DNA of 64,000 nt. It comes from Eledone cirrhosa. Its lineage: Eukaryota. This document shows positions 37,700 through 52,321 of this stretch, piece by piece; position 1 is the first letter of the stretch; each line of letters starts with the position of its first letter. The stretch is taken from positions 22,320,001 through 22,384,000 of the forward strand of contig OZ024743.1 of assembly GCA_964016885.1 (NCBI GenBank). Reading direction: 5' to 3'. A program made the translations under genes and the position numbers. Below the pieces are notes generated by a model. The model was not told the origin of the DNA, did no database searches, and worked only from the letters and a program-made list of their open reading frames with translations.

Positions 37700-38310
37700 T
37701 TTTTGTGGGTCTTTCTCACAACTTTCTCTCATGTCCTCCTAAGTCCCTCCCTTCCACAAGTTCCACTTATTTTAAGCTATCAGCATTCTTTTTAATACAA
37801 GTGTCACACTCCTTACACACTACAAGACCATACAAGTGTAATTGTATCTCTTGCAATCGACATTCAATTCCTCTTCACACATACTAACATTACACATCCA
37901 GCATAACATGCATGCTTCATTTCTTTTTTCCCATACTAGATCTTCAGCACTCAAGGCTCAAATCTTGCTGCCATGCAGCATAGCAGTTTGAAAAGAAGCA
38001 TCATATAATCTGCTTACACCTTTACATATTCATCAAGAATATTCCCCTAAAACTTTGGTCTCTCTGGTTCTATCATTTCAGCTATGAGGACCAATTCATC
38101 AGCATATAGGAGGTCCCACAGGCAACAAATCTCGAATTTGTGTTATGTCCTATAGGACTATAATCAAGTGGTTGGGGGCTGCAGATTTGTAGACTCTTAC
38201 TCATATATTCAATTTATTGCTGTTAACCCTCACTTTGTTGACAACACTTCTGTACATGGATTGTACATCTCTTATAAGCCATTCATCAATCCCTAACTTC
38301 CTGAGTGCCA
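37700..38310 (-). mobile_element. Decayed RTE RT/C-terminal fragment
   Basis: Remnants of LRKLGIDEWL, LLYADEL and MLHGS on the minus strand. Confidence 0.65.
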
Positions 38311-39172
38311 GAGGCTTATTCATAGATAAGTAGATACTTAATATTCTATACCTGCAACCTAATAGCTTGTTGGAACATCACTGAAAACTTTGTATTTAAA
38401 TAGCATTTCTAGTACAAGCAAATTTTCTAGCTTACATGTATAGAAGCAACTAAACACACCAATGCAAAATGTGCATTAAATATGTTAACATCATGTTATT
38501 TGCAATGATGAGCTTTTTGAAATATTTAACCCTTTAGCATTTACATTACTCTATATTTACTATTGTATTTTCACGGTAAACACTTTATCTTACATAATTA
38601 TCACACATAATATCGAATCTATGAGATTTTGATGTAATTTATTTTTAGAACAATACCTTAACATAAGTATGAGCAGCTGGTTATGGCTGGAGGTGAGAGA
38701 ATTCTGGCTGGATATGGCCAGTTTAAATTCAAAAATTTCTTTAAAATTCTTTGTCTACATAAGTTTTTTCATGAGGATGGAATCTTTTGAAATATTCAAT
38801 TATTAAAAAATATCTTCAGCTTAAATTCTCAGCAGGCATAACTGGGTGTGTCATATGGTAATGTGTGGTCAAAGACCAGACAAATATAGACTGCACTACT
38901 TGAAAGTTAAGTATTTGGGAAAATGGTAAAATGCAAAACACATCAGTGACATAGTAACAACTATTGACCCTTCAGTAATAACTATTGTCAACTCAGCAAA
39001 CTGTGATACTTATTTCCAGTATTGTTGTTCTATTAATACAGAAGTAAATCTGGTTAAGTAGATCAAGTATTTGATTACCAGCGAAGAAGCATGAATTTAT
39101 ATTTGCTGTATGTATTTTGTCAATTTTCACTTAACTCTACAAATCTCAGTTCTCTCTTACTATGTTCTAGAT

Positions 39173-39337
39173 CAGCAGTCGCCAACCGGCGGTACAAGAG
39201 AAAATGTTGGTGGTCCATATGAAAATTTTAATGTATTTAAATTTTAATGTATTTAAAAAAAATTCTTATTAGTGGTCCATGGCATTTAAAATTATAAATT
39301 TAGTGGTCTGTGAGGTCTGAAAGGTTGGCGACCACTG
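39173..39337. mobile_element. hAT (Charlie-like) MITE
   Basis: TIRs CAGCAGTCGCCAACC / GGTTGGCGACCACTG; 8-bp TSD TTCTAGAT / TTCTAGTT. Confidence 0.85.
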
Positions 39338-41125
39338 TTCTAGTTTATCGGAGAATGTTACTCATGAGACCCAGATGTCATCTCCAGAGAATAATTCTTT
39401 GAAGAACATGTTTAGTGCAGGTCATCATACCTAATGTGGTGAGCTAAACATAATTTTAACAATGAAAAAGAAAAGATGATATTACTATTGATCAAAATGT
39501 TTTTTATCCTTCTCGTATTGATAGAGTAAATACCACTGTTGTACAAATGTTAGAAACTATTATTAGATCAATAGTTGGCCGAATTCATAAATGACTGGAT
39601 GAAATGTTTTAGTAAGATGCTTAGTTTCATTTGAGTTCACCTTGTAATTACACTCAAGCCCACACTGGACTAGTCATTATGGTGCCATGATAAAAAGCAC
39701 CCAGTCAACACAGTAAATGTGGTTGGCGTTAGGAAGGGCATCCAGCCGTACAAACCACGCCAGATACAGTTCTGTATGAACAAAACATGATGACCTGACC
39801 TGACTCCAATGGGACAACCTGTCTAACTCATTTTAGCGTGGAAAATAGATGTAAAACGACGATGATGATGATATATTTCTAATGAAAGACTGCCTAAATT
39901 TTCAGATAGTTTTGCAAATAATCAAACATTTGGAGTGATTTAATAATTGTTTCTACTTTTGGCACAAGGCCAGCAATTATCCAGTGCATTACTGGTGCTT
40001 TATTTTATCGACCCCGTAAGGATGAATGGTAAAGTTAACCCCAGCAGAATTTGAACTGAGACCATAAAGGGCCGCAACTCTATGCTGCAAAGCATAGTGT
40101 CCGACTCTCTACTGATACTGCCAATCCAATATAACTAAGTTTCCTATTATATTAACTATTATTTGAAATATAACTTAATCATTCTTTCAGAAAATTATGA
40201 CGGAAAGTTTTTAAATAGATATAAATATTTTAATATTCTAAAATAAAAAACTCAGTCACACACAGCTTGGGTGGTTTTAGACGGTTTGGGTATCAAAACT
40301 GTTAAATAAGGCTGAACATATGAGGAGTAAATAAAAGGAAAAGTATGTCCATTCTCTCCCTTACCCTTTCACTGTATCATTCTTTTGTAATTGTAATACT
40401 CAAATATATAACCATGTAGCCATAACTTCACTATTACAACCACCAACAACACAAAATTATGTCTAATATGTCTGAAAATATCAGTGTTGGGTAAGTTTGA
40501 AATTCTTAGAAAATGTAGAAATCCCAAATGTAGAAAATAACTGTTGTAACCACAGTTGATTATTATAAATAACAGTTTGTAAAATCAGATGGGAAAAAGA
40601 GGGCAGCAGCTTCTATGAAGTATCAAAATATAATTATTGTTTAGCTGAGTGGAAAGAGAGTGTCTATGAATTTTTCAGGGCCTCTGAGACTGGAGAAAGG
40701 AAGGGAGGATGGCAACCTCAAACTATGAACCTTACCTCAATACTTACAACAAAGAAAACTCTGCTAAAGCACCCAAGGGCCAGATGATAGAGTTAATCAG
40801 GGCAAGAGAATCATGGCAAGCTGTGAACTCAGAAAACAAAGAGCTGAAACAAACACAAGTCATCTTTTCTAACACTTTGAAGATCCTTTATAGATTCTCC
40901 CGTTGCACCACATTAGACAAGTACTTCATTTATCAACAGTAGAAAGATAAACAGCAAAGTGAACCTCTGTGTAATTTGAACTCAGAACACAAGAAGAAGG
41001 AATAAATATAGGAGACATTTTGTCTGATGCTCTAACAATTCTGCCAATTTGCTATGTAGAAAGAAAGATAGATAGATAAAATGAAAGAAAGTTAGATAGA
41101 TAAATAGAAAGAAGGAATTGCCTAC

Positions 41126-41213
41126 CTTTGTATTTAGAATCATAATGCATTGATCAAAATGGTGGTGTTCCAATGTAGAGGTAGAATACAGTTGAGCTAA
41201 TGGTGTCATAGCT
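41126..41213 (-). CDS. PDE11: PDE11-like exon
   Basis: tatag|A GCT...AAG|gtaggc, 88 nt, phase 2-0. Encodes [29 protein letters not shown] (LExHH motif). Confidence 0.95.
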
Positions 41214-42009
41214 CTATAAAAATGGAAAAAAAAAAGCCAAAAACAAATAAATTCCAATCATATTAAACATACAGGGGGGAGGTATTATCATCATCATCAT
41301 CATCATCATTGTTTAAAATATGTTTTCCCTGCTAGCATGGGTTGAACAGGTTGACACAGACCAATCAGTACACACGTGGAATGTTTGATCAACAACTACT
41401 AACACCACACTACTTTCTTGCTAATCATCATCACCATCAAATATCTATTTCTTATTGTTCCAGACCAGTTGGGTGATACTGGTGACTACAATTATGTTAG
41501 TATCAATTACATAGATATATGATAACTGCTAGGTGTAATGTGTACTTCATGGTTTGTGAGGAAGTACTGACAGATTTGATGATGATGATGATTACGATGA
41601 TGAGGATGTTGATATGTAACAAAACCTACATAATTGACACAGATATGTGTGGATAAACAAACTTAGTACAAACAAATGATGAATCCTCCTTTGGTTTCAA
41701 TAAGTGTTCCACTTATTTGATCAACTGAACAACCTGCTAGTTATATTTATGTGGAAATGGTTGAATAGGCCCCAAAACCTACAGAAGGCCAACAAATTTG
41801 GGAGAATGTCAATGAAAATTACATCAACCCAGTACTTGACTGGTACTTTATTTTATCAACCCTAGAAGGATGAAAGGCAAAGTTGACCTTGGTGGAATTT
41901 GAATTTAGAATATAAAATGCCAGAACAAATACTACAATTCCATGCTCCACCAATTCTGCTAATCTATCACTTTGTAATGATCTAATATTAAGAATTGACT
42001 TGACCTTCT

Positions 42010-42410
42010 ACAACACAAACCTTAGGAAGCGAGCTAGCTGATCACATACCAACCAGGTGAACATACAAACTAGATTGACTTCATAGTCATTAGAAAATTG
42101 GATAGACAGATGGTTGCGAATACTAAGTCTTTTCCAAGACAAACATGTACCACCCAGCAAGGACTAGCTATTAGCAAGGTTAAAGAAAGAACCACAAAGA
42201 CACAGGACAATCTGGAGAAGGAAGGTGTTGAAACTAAATGTTTCCTCAGTTAAATGTAAGTACAGAAGGTTCTATGTGATGAATACAAAGAAAAGGATTT
42301 GGAAGCGATAGTTGCCTATGATATTGAGGACAATTAGAAGTTTCTATGACATAACCGTTTGCAGGCTACTAACAAGATCTCTGGATAAAGCAAGGTTGAA
42401 CTAGACTAAA
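42010..42410 (+). mobile_element. Decayed RTE fragment (APE end / linker)
   Basis: Nucleotide similarity to the corresponding part of the 24750-27830 element. Confidence 0.55.
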
Positions 42411-42849
42411 GAATATTTAGCTCAGCAGTTTCTGCTTCAGGTGTTCAATGCTGTGGGTGAAAGTGGCTTGGTGTGTCACTGTGCAGCAGAAAGACCTCTT
42501 GGTTCAATCATGTGGTCAATGATGCAATATGAAGAAAAAAGGAGGCTTACAAATCATTGCTGGGAACTAAATCTCCCTTCTTGCACTTGCAGTACAAGCA
42601 GGCATGAAAAGACGCAGCAGAAACAGTAAAAGCGGATATATTACGTGAAAAATATTTAGTTTTGTCATCCTTTACCGCCTTTATATATATATATATATTT
42701 CTATGTGTATTTTACTGACTTTCTGAAGTTCTTATTTATTACATATCTCACAATACTTCATGTCAACTATACTACTTTATATATGTGTATATATATATAT
42801 GTATACACATACACACATATATATTTACATGTTTATATATACATATATA

Positions 42850-43744
42850 CGAGGGCAATCCCAAAAGTAAGGTCTCCAAAGCGATGGGGATACAGAGAAA
42901 CTATTCGTACGGCTGTTGGCAACACTGTTGTGATTGATGCTTCCTTCACTGCCAAACAAGCATGCACGTGCTTCGCTGGGATGCTCAATCTTGGCTTGGC
43001 AGCCGTTGAGAATGGAGCTCCTGTTGAACGCTACTGCCAAGTGCGAAGTTCGCGCAGTTATTCAGTTTTTGAACGCAAAAGGCGTTGAACCGATTGAAAT
43101 TCATCGGCAATTGACGGAAGTGTATGGACAGTCATGCATGGATGTCAAAAACGTTCGCAAGTGGTGTAGAGAGTTTACAGCCGGTCATACTGAAATTCAC
43201 GACAACAAAGGAGCGGAAAATTTCTGACGAGACAGTCGCAAAGGTTGAAGAAAACATGCGTAAAGATCGGCGGATCACTCTGGATGCTCTCTGCATTTTG
43301 GTTCCTGAGGTTTCCCGAAGCACCATCCACAGGATTTTAATGGAAAAATTGCGACTGACTCGTTGGAAATTGACGGTCTTCCGCTCCTTTGTTCGTCGTG
43401 AATTTCAGTACGACCGGCTGTAAACTCTCTACACCACTTGCGAACGTTTTTGACATCCATGCACAACTGTCCATACACTTCCGTCAATTGGCGATGAATT
43501 TCAATTGGTTCAACGCCTTTTGCGTTCAAAAACCGAATAACTGCGCGAACTTCACACTTGGCGGTAGCGTTCAACAGGAGCTCCATTCTCAACGGCTGCC
43601 AAACCAAGATTGAGCATCCCAGCGAAGCGCACGCATGCTTGTTTGCAAGTGAAGGAAGCACCAATCACAACAGTGTTGCCAACAGCCATACAGTTTCTTT
43701 GCGTCCCCATCGCTTTGGAGACCTTACTTTTGGGATTGCCCTCG
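42850..43744. mobile_element. Fold-back mariner derivative made of two inverted 5' ends
   Basis: TA|CGAGGGCAATCCCAAAAGTAAGGTCTCC...GGAGACCTTACTTTTGGGATTGCCCTCG|TA. Both arms encode the transposase N-terminal HTH (EVRAVI.FL..KG....EIHRQL.EVYG...V.KWCREF..G...D..RSGRP); no catalytic domain. Confidence 0.92.
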
Positions 43745-43871
43745 TATATATATATATATATAAGCATACACACAAATATGTGTCACATGTCTCACACAAC
43801 ATACAACATACAACATACATAGAAATGTTTGTATAGAGAGAGTTAAAATATTAATGAACAATAAAACTCAC

Positions 43872-43981
43872 TTTATTTGGAATTGATTGTTCTGTCCTCT
43901 ATGATCCAAATCATGACAAAGGGTGGCCACAATTAAAGCAATTTGTTCACAGGGTGAAAGTATGTTGCCCATTTCACCTGT
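43872..43981 (-). CDS. PDE11: PDE11-like exon with HD signature
   Basis: tttag|ACA...AA|gtgagt, 110 nt, phase 0-2. Encodes TGEMGNILSPCEQIALIVATLCHDLDHRGQNNQFQI(K); HDLDHRGxNN is the PDEase I signature. Not in the ORF track. Confidence 0.95.
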
Positions 43982-44682
43982 CTAAACAAACAATAGAAAA
44001 TGTCAGTAAACATATTATCATTGGTTTCTATATATATTATAGTTTCATGAAAGTGATTTGCCTGTGCAATGTCACTTGGCAAGATATATTACACTCTGTA
44101 TATAATATATTTTGCCCAATACTGTAAGGACTCTGCTACTCACTAATCTCTATCCACTTCTGCTCTTACCCCACTTAAATCCAAACGCACACACCCCACT
44201 GTCACTCTAAAATCATGACACACCATACATCTTACACCAACGAAAGAAAAGGATCTTCATTTGAGTCAATGACCAACAACTTCTCTAGTGCTGGTGCTAT
44301 AAAAAATATACCCAAAACACTTTGTAATGTGGTTGGTGATTGGAAGGCTATCCATGTGTAGAAAACCTGCCAAATAAAAGGTTGGAAGGATTCTCAACTG
44401 TGTCAAAGACACGACAAACTTCTGGTGTCATGATAAAATGCACTCAGTAGGGATTTCATGTAAACAAGTTGCAGGGCACTGGCACATCTGAGCATTCAGC
44501 AGAGTGCAGCAATGTATGTAAGTGATATGCTGTCCCTGGCCCATCCAAAGGATCAGTAGCTCTGCTTGAATACTGACTCAGTCTATTGTTGACATGGTCT
44601 GTAGATGACCGACCCTGTTGATGACTCATACAAACTTTTTTATGAAGGTGTTAAATGATAATGTTGATGGTACTATCAATGC

Positions 44683-45060
44683 CCTACATTTATAATACTA
44701 AGTGTATACAAGGCATTCGTAAACATGATACAATATATTAACTCATGCGTATTCATTATTGCAGTTTAACATAAATAGTCATAAGCTTTTACATGCATGA
44801 ATCAATCCCACAGTTCAAATGATAGTTCTCAATCTGAACCGATGGAGATAAAACAAATAATAAAGAAAAACCGAGTTTGAAGAAATTGTTGAATGTCTTA
44901 TTCAGCAAAAATCATTTGCAAAGCGGGAAAGACGGACGCGGTGACAGTGGCAGTTTGATTCTTCTGTGTTCGGAGCTGGTGTACATGTGTGCACAACTGA
45001 TTTAATAGTAAATGAATAATATATAGGTAGGAAAAAAAAAAAGTCAACACCCGTATCTAG
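44683..45060 (+). mobile_element. Possible older non-autonomous Helitron
   Basis: CTACATTTATAATAC-type start, CpG-retaining interior, CTAG|T end; 3' hairpin not clear. Confidence 0.35.
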
Positions 45061-45274
45061 TATAAACTTTTACTAAAATTTGTGAATATGTGAATACATT
45101 TTTTGAGAAACACAAAATAATTTGTTTTAAAATTTTAAACTAGCTGATGATATATATCCTTGAAATACAAATAATTACATCTCCAATAGCATACATATTC
45201 AAACTTTTTAAGTGGAGATTGAGCAGCCTTTGTTCCCACATACTGTAGTAGCAAAACAGATCACTGCAGCGAAA

Positions 45275-45399
<125 letters not shown>

Positions 45400-45562
45400 C
45401 CCACACTGTAAAGTGGTCGTGTAGGTGCCACAGAAAAAAAGCCCCCAGCACTCACTGTAAATGAGATTGGTGTTAGGAAGGGCATCCAGCTGTAGAAATC
45501 AAGCCAGAATCAGTTCCCGTCCCACCCTTGCAAGCAGGGAAAAGCGGATGTAAAATGGAAAA

Positions 45563-45613
<51 letters not shown>

Positions 45614-46466
45614 TTTGGAATGGCACTTTATACCCCTACAAAATAATAACAAACTGTGAGACAATACTATCTAGTTAGTCTGCCCTCAATCAGTTATATT
45701 GTGTAGTTTTACTGACAAAACTTGTAAAAGCCATTTCATTTTATTTATTATATTTATATAATATTAGTGTTATATATAATGAATAAAATAAAATGGCTTT
45801 TACAGTTTCCCTTCAATTTATTACAAATTTCCAGTTGGTTGATTTAATATCTGGATGGTTGTTTATTTGTTGTCAAAATTTTTTCATCACACATTCTGTG
45901 ACCTCCTCTGTGACTAATTTGTTATTTTGTGTCTCTCCTTTGTTCTGTCCTACACCATCTTCTTTTATATATATATAGTTTTTTTTTTAAATAAGCACTT
46001 CTTATGTTTCAAAGTATTTTCAAATATTCATCAACATTATTGTTACATTAGTTGATTGTTTTAAATTTGATATCCCTTGGTAATTGATTTTTGTTTGTAT
46101 TAGTCCTGTCTAAAAAGATCTACTTTACTAAAAAATTTTATTTTTGTTATTGAACAGCTGAACAGATACTTTTTGAAAACGTTTTTGATACTAAATTGCT
46201 CAAAGCTGCCTCTGGTTCTATGAATCAATCTCACAGTTCATATTTAAATTAATATCTTAAAGCATAATTTTATTTAAGAATCTTCCAAGCTATGTTATAA
46301 ATACCATCTTTATAATGAAAAGCTTAGTAACTTTAATCCCTCAAATGTTTTCATTAATTAAATGAAATACATTATATCTCATTAGAAATATGCTCATGAA
46401 AGGGTTAATGGGTTTTTAATTAGAATAATTAATTGAATAATAAAAATAATATTGTACTCTGCTTAA

Positions 46467-46684
46467 CACGTTAGCATTTAAACCGGCCATATCCAGCCAG
46501 AGTTCTGTCACTTCTTTCTGTTCAAACTGGCTATAACTGGCCACTTAATATCAAGGATAAATTATTGCTCTCAAAATAAATATTAAAATCTCATAGATTC
46601 GATATTATGTGAGATATTATGTAAGATAAAGCCTTTACCACAAAAATTCAATAGTATATAGAGAGTAATGTAAATGCTAAACAG
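46467..46684. mobile_element. piggyBac-like MITE
   Basis: TTAA on both sides; TIR core TTAGCATTTA; same family as 47769-47974, 38530-38730 and 4651-4850. Confidence 0.75.
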
Positions 46685-47768
46685 TTAAAAACATATTATT
46701 TAAAGTTTTCACAGAATACATACACAATTACTGTAAAAAAGAATGTATACCAGTTTCACCCTTAACTATTTAGGAAAGTCATATGTCAATGTTTAATATT
46801 ATTTAATCTATATACAACTCATATATATACTAATCAGATGAATTTTTTTTTTGCAATTTGTTATAATGTACATAAAGTTTTTTTGTTTCTTTTTTAAGAC
46901 ATAGACTGAGGTAACCTGAGCCCCTCTCTCGCTCTCTTTCTGAAATTTAAATACTAATAGCTTATATTTCTACAATGCAATAAAGTTACAGTAGCAACAT
47001 AAGCCATCACAGTAAGATTTGAAAGGAAAAATTAAGATGAGATGGTGAAGGCTAGAATGTCTTTGATCATAGATATCCTCTATGATAGATAGAGGCCTAT
47101 ACAACACAAGAAACCATTAGCAGCATCTAACCCACCTGGAGTAAATTATTTAGTGATTTTTTTTTGTTTTTTCTTTTAGTTTTACTTTTGCTGTTTAAGG
47201 CCTAAAACAGCATAAGGCAGATCTAGATGTCAAATATATTCAAATTATGAACATTGTTTTATTTATTTTTTAGGATAATGTATCTAAGACGACGATACAC
47301 TGTCTGTTCCATTTCTTAATATGTTTAGGTTCAGTTCAAGGGAAACTTGGCTTGTGTTTCTAGCAGGTTTACCAACCATGTAGAGGCACAATCATTCACT
47401 CATTTAGCATAATGTTTGTCTGCACTGATTGTGATTTCTGTTGTTTATAATTTAATTAGTTTCTATTTTTTTTTTTAGATAAGGGTTCTCAAAGTAGCCT
47501 ATATAGATCCTTTGCAATAAATAATATTTTTGACAGATTGAATAAAACATTAGGCATCTGGGGGTGGGTGGGTGTATTTAGTAGTTTGCATTATTTAATT
47601 CAGGTGAACAAAAATTGCCAGATGTTGTCCACATAACAGAATGTTTAATTGTGTATTAGTGATATACTGTTGATGAAAAACCCATTCAAAACTGGTAAAT
47701 AATTATGTTTTGTAATTTTATAATCAATTAATTTATTTGAAGATGAATAAAAATTAAATTTTGATTAA

Positions 47769-47974
47769 CCTTTTAGCATTTACATTACTTTATATTTACT
47801 ATTGTATTTTCATGGTAAACACTTTATTTCACATAATATCGAATCGATGAGATTTTGATATTTATTTTGAGAACATACATTAACATAAGTAAAAGCAGCT
47901 CTGATTACAGCCAGTTTGAACAAAAAGAGGTGAGAGAATTCTGGCCAGATATGGCTGGTTTAAGTGCTAAAGGA
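47769..47974. mobile_element. piggyBac-like MITE, inverted relative to 46467-46684
   Basis: TTAA-CCTTTTAGCATTTA ... TAAGTGCTAAAGGA-TTAA. Confidence 0.75.
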
Positions 47975-49437
47975 TTAAAGGAGTATATCAATTAAAATGT
48001 TTGAGAAGCTCTGATCTAGATTGGAGCTTGACAGTGTCATTAGAATGTAATATCTATTCTAGTGCTCTCTGCTTTGTGTTTAAATCCTCTCAAAGTCAAT
48101 TTAACTTTTCATTGTTTCAGGATCGATAAAACAAAGATTGGCCGTCTCAGATGAGGTGACTCGTCAAGTATAGTTTCTAGTGTCACTTTCATGTGATTTT
48201 TTTTTTTTAAACAATGATCAATACTGGTACCCTTCCTTCAAGTAGTTCTACAGGTGGTACTTATTAGCATATTAGCAACCAGGGCCAGATGAAGTCCTTT
48301 TGGAGCCATAAGTGCTTAAAACATTATACTGCCAAAAAGATTTCTTTGGAATAACAAATACATTTAATCTGAATAAAATGGTAGCTCTCTTTGATATCCT
48401 AAGCATGCCCATGTATATATTTTGCTAAATGGTTAATCTAGCCCTGTTAGCGAGAAAGGGAAAAAAGGAAAGAGATAATAGTTTCTGATTGAGGCACAGA
48501 GCCAGCAATTTCCGGTGAGTGGAATGTCAATTAAATCGACCCCAGTTTGTGACTGGTACTTTATTTTATCAACCCCATAAGGATGAAAGGCAAAGTTAAT
48601 CTTGGCAGGATTTGAACTCAGAATGTAAAGGGCCGTAACTCTATGTCGTGAAGGAGGTGGCCTGATGTTCTACCGATTCTGTCGATAAAAAATAATGTGC
48701 AGAAGAATTCCTCCCATACCATGTATATTTATTAGTAGCTCAGTCACCACCAAAAGCTTTCTTTTTATGAAGTATGCTAGATGAAAGTCTACCTGACTTA
48801 GTTTTTTACATAGGTCAAAAACAGGCGATATGAAGTGTACAATCAGTGGAATGGCTTGACTGAGAATGGAAATACTGTTGCAAGTACTCCGCAGTATCTA
48901 TGAGTGTTGCATGAAGACAATACATGACTATAAGACAGTTATTAGAAAATATTGGCTCTAGTGAGATTTGACTTCCACAAGGATAACATTACTTGATGAT
49001 GGTCATGATGATGAGGATGATGATGATGGCGGTAGTGGCAATATGATGATACAGATAACGATGTTGATATGGAAAATAATGGGGATGGTGGTGATAATTG
49101 TAGTGATGGTAATGATCATGGTAGTGATAATTGTTGTGATGATGATGATGATGATCTGGTAAGTAGTATATCTGTAAGTACATGCAGATTATAATATGAA
49201 AAAATAACTATTAACTTTCCTGTAGTGTGACCCAAAAACAGAAATTAAGAGCTGACCTTGGGTTAAAGAACAATATCATTATACTAAAAACTACTTGAAG
49301 GATCAAATGGTAGCTCCTCCACAAGTAATTAGTATACCATGGTATACTGTTGCATGAAGTATGTCACAGTTTAAGTTAGCCATTTATTAAAAGCATTATT
49401 TAAATCTAACCGAGATAATAATTGAAAAAATACTTAC

Positions 49438-49545
49438 TTTTATCATACAAAACATAGTTTGGGTTACATTAAAAGCATGTCTCCAGTTGTGATAGGTTAC
49501 ATTTCTGTAGTTCTTTTTCACACTGAGCAACCACCGACAAAGTAC
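49438..49545 (-). CDS. PDE11: Cyclic-nucleotide phosphodiesterase (PDE11-like), catalytic exon, first found in window
   Basis: ttcag|GTA...AAA|gtaagt, 108 nt, phase 0-0. Encodes [36 protein letters not shown] with the YHNxxHA metal-binding motif of class I PDEs. Family assignment (PDE11 vs PDE5/6) is by recalled similarity. Confidence 0.95.
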
Positions 49546-49980
49546 CTGAAAGAGAACAAATATTGAAATGTTTAGTATAAATATCATGTTTAGTAACTTT
49601 ATTGAAACCTGCCAATGGAAATGTTCTATTAGTTGATGTATCATGTATGTTTTTCTATACATTTAGTGATAAATGATGCAAGCAACAATTTCTAATAATT
49701 GTTTCTACTTTTGGCACAAGGCTAGCAATTATCCCAGTGTATTACTGGTACTTTATTTTATCGACCCCGTAAGGATGAAAGGCAAAGTTAACCTCGACAG
49801 AATTTGAACTCAGAATGACAAAGGATGTAACTCTATACGTCAAAGCATGGCGTCCGACCTTCTACCGATGCTGCCAATCCACCGCAACAATTTCTAATAA
49901 TAAAGCCAATAGTTTGTCATATATTCTATAGATGACAGGTAAAAAATATTTATATATATATATATATGTATAAAATATGT

Positions 49981-50077
<97 letters not shown>

Positions 50078-50358
50078 AGACATTAATCAATGATGAGAGT
50101 GATGATGAATGGGATGATTTGTATGTATATGTTTATGTATGTATCATATATATATATCATCATCATCACCGTTTTGCGTCCGTTCTTCCACGCTAGCATG
50201 GGTTAGACGGGTTGTCCTGTTGTGGGCAGTGTCTGGTCGGCTGACCATGCCTTGCTCATACAGGAACTGATTTGGCTTGATTTCTACAGCTGGATGCCCT
50301 TCCTAACACCAACCTCATTTACAGTGAGTGGTGGGTACTTTTTCGTGGCGCCTACATG

Positions 50359-50394
<36 letters not shown>

Positions 50395-50395
<1 letters not shown>

Positions 50396-50552
50396 GGGCA
50401 GAGATGGTGAGAGCTGACATCAGATCGCTGAAGCTCACAGAGGAGATGATGAAGGACCATGACAAATGGAAAGATGCTGTGCTGAAGAGGACCCATCCCA
50501 CCCTTGCAATCAAGGAAAAGCAGATGTAAAATGATGATGATGGTGATGATGA
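50395..50552 (+). mobile_element. RTE subfamily A 3' tip
   Basis: Matches 16857-17020; a similar longer fragment lies at 55665-55917. Confidence 0.75.
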
Positions 50553-52321
50553 TATCTACTGTGATTCAGTTGCTACATATGCAAAAGTACATCAAGCCAA
50601 TATAGGATTTTTCTGTGATCACCCAAACTGCTAGAAATAGCTGGCAAATCTTTGTCAAATGATATCCTAGCATCTTGTAATACTAGCGTGTCAAATGATA
50701 CCATACCATCTTCCTTGTCTCTTATCTTTCACCAGGACTAATTTATTCTCAATCTAGCTGAATATGTTAACCCTCTGAACCATCTTCTTTTACACCCACT
50801 CAGAACACTCATTTCTCCTACTCTTGCATTCCCTGTGTCTCACTTATCAAGCTATATACTATTGTATTCACACATAATTAATGCAAGAATTTTAATATAT
50901 AAAAATAAAAATTAGCATAAAAAACTGAAGAGTTTACATTATATTTGGATGTAGAAATATTAAACACAAAAACAAATCTGTCAAAACAAAGACACCAAAG
51001 ACAGTAACTCCAAGATATCTAACAAATAATTTATACATCCTTCATTGCCTTCAGCTATGAAATGCCATATGCTAGAATCTTCATTCAATATCATTTAAGC
51101 AAAAGTTACTGATTAAAACAGGAAACTATGCTAATATTAGTCTTTGAATTTTATTTTCTATTTTTTTATATGTTTTGCAATTTTCTGTGACAATACATTA
51201 GTTCCTCAGAAATATAACAAACCATGACTGTTGTTGTGGGTTACATTATATAAGAGGATAAAATATGTTACAGATCAACTTAAAAAATTAGGGGTCACAT
51301 TATAATCAAGATCACATTGTATTTGAGTGAATAGGGTAACCACTTTTCCTAATCACCTTTCTACAGAAAAGGATCTGTCCAGAGTTGCTACACCTTCAAT
51401 TTCTCTATAACAATTCCAACTTACCACCAACCTTTAAGTCCAACACTTGCTGGCAATGAAAATGGATGTTAGATGATGATGATCAACCATATAAACCTCA
51501 TTGAGTCAATGAGGGCGGTGGGACTCCATGTGCTTGCTCAATTTGTCAGTAATAGTAAAAGTTTTCTCATATTACACCTTACAGTACTCAAAAAGGTCAT
51601 ATTGAATAATATAGTTCTAGATATACATAAGACAGGGGTGTCATGAGTGAAACAATTTCATTGAATATGAGCTGAAGCTAAGCAGTAAACCCAGTGAGCA
51701 ATTACAACTAAACCTATGGACACTATTCCACTTTCACAAAACAACAATTAAATAAATCTATTTCCACAAGTAAAACAAACTATCTGATATCTTTGTAGGT
51801 TGAAAATTGATTTATTTATATATGTTTTACATGTCATAAAAGACTTTAATGACTATATTTAAAAGAATGGGTAAAGCTGGTGCTCATATCAATTTCCTTA
51901 GACTCTAATAAAACTAACATAATTATGGAAATTACCAGCAAAACTGCATCATTTAAGACATTTGTAAGTGTAGAGAATTTAGTGGTGAAGAGGAGCTTTG
52001 AATTTTCCTCTAACAAATGTCCTATTGCTGGAACCATCAAGAAACTTGTAACATCTTGCTTTCCAAACAAACAAACTATTAAAAATGAACCTAGTTTTTA
52101 TATCTAAACATTTACAAATTTACAAATGATGCACTCAATTACTAATAAGTAAAAGGAGGTACTTATAATGCAAGTTGTGCAACACTCTGTATAAGTGTGG
52201 TGTGCAGGAAGTAAACAGCTAATTTCTATTCATGTCATTATGCCAAGAACTAAAATAGAGAGTTTTTAACTAAAAAAAATAAAAAATACGGAAAGTCATC
52301 AGGATGCAGGGACAACATGTA

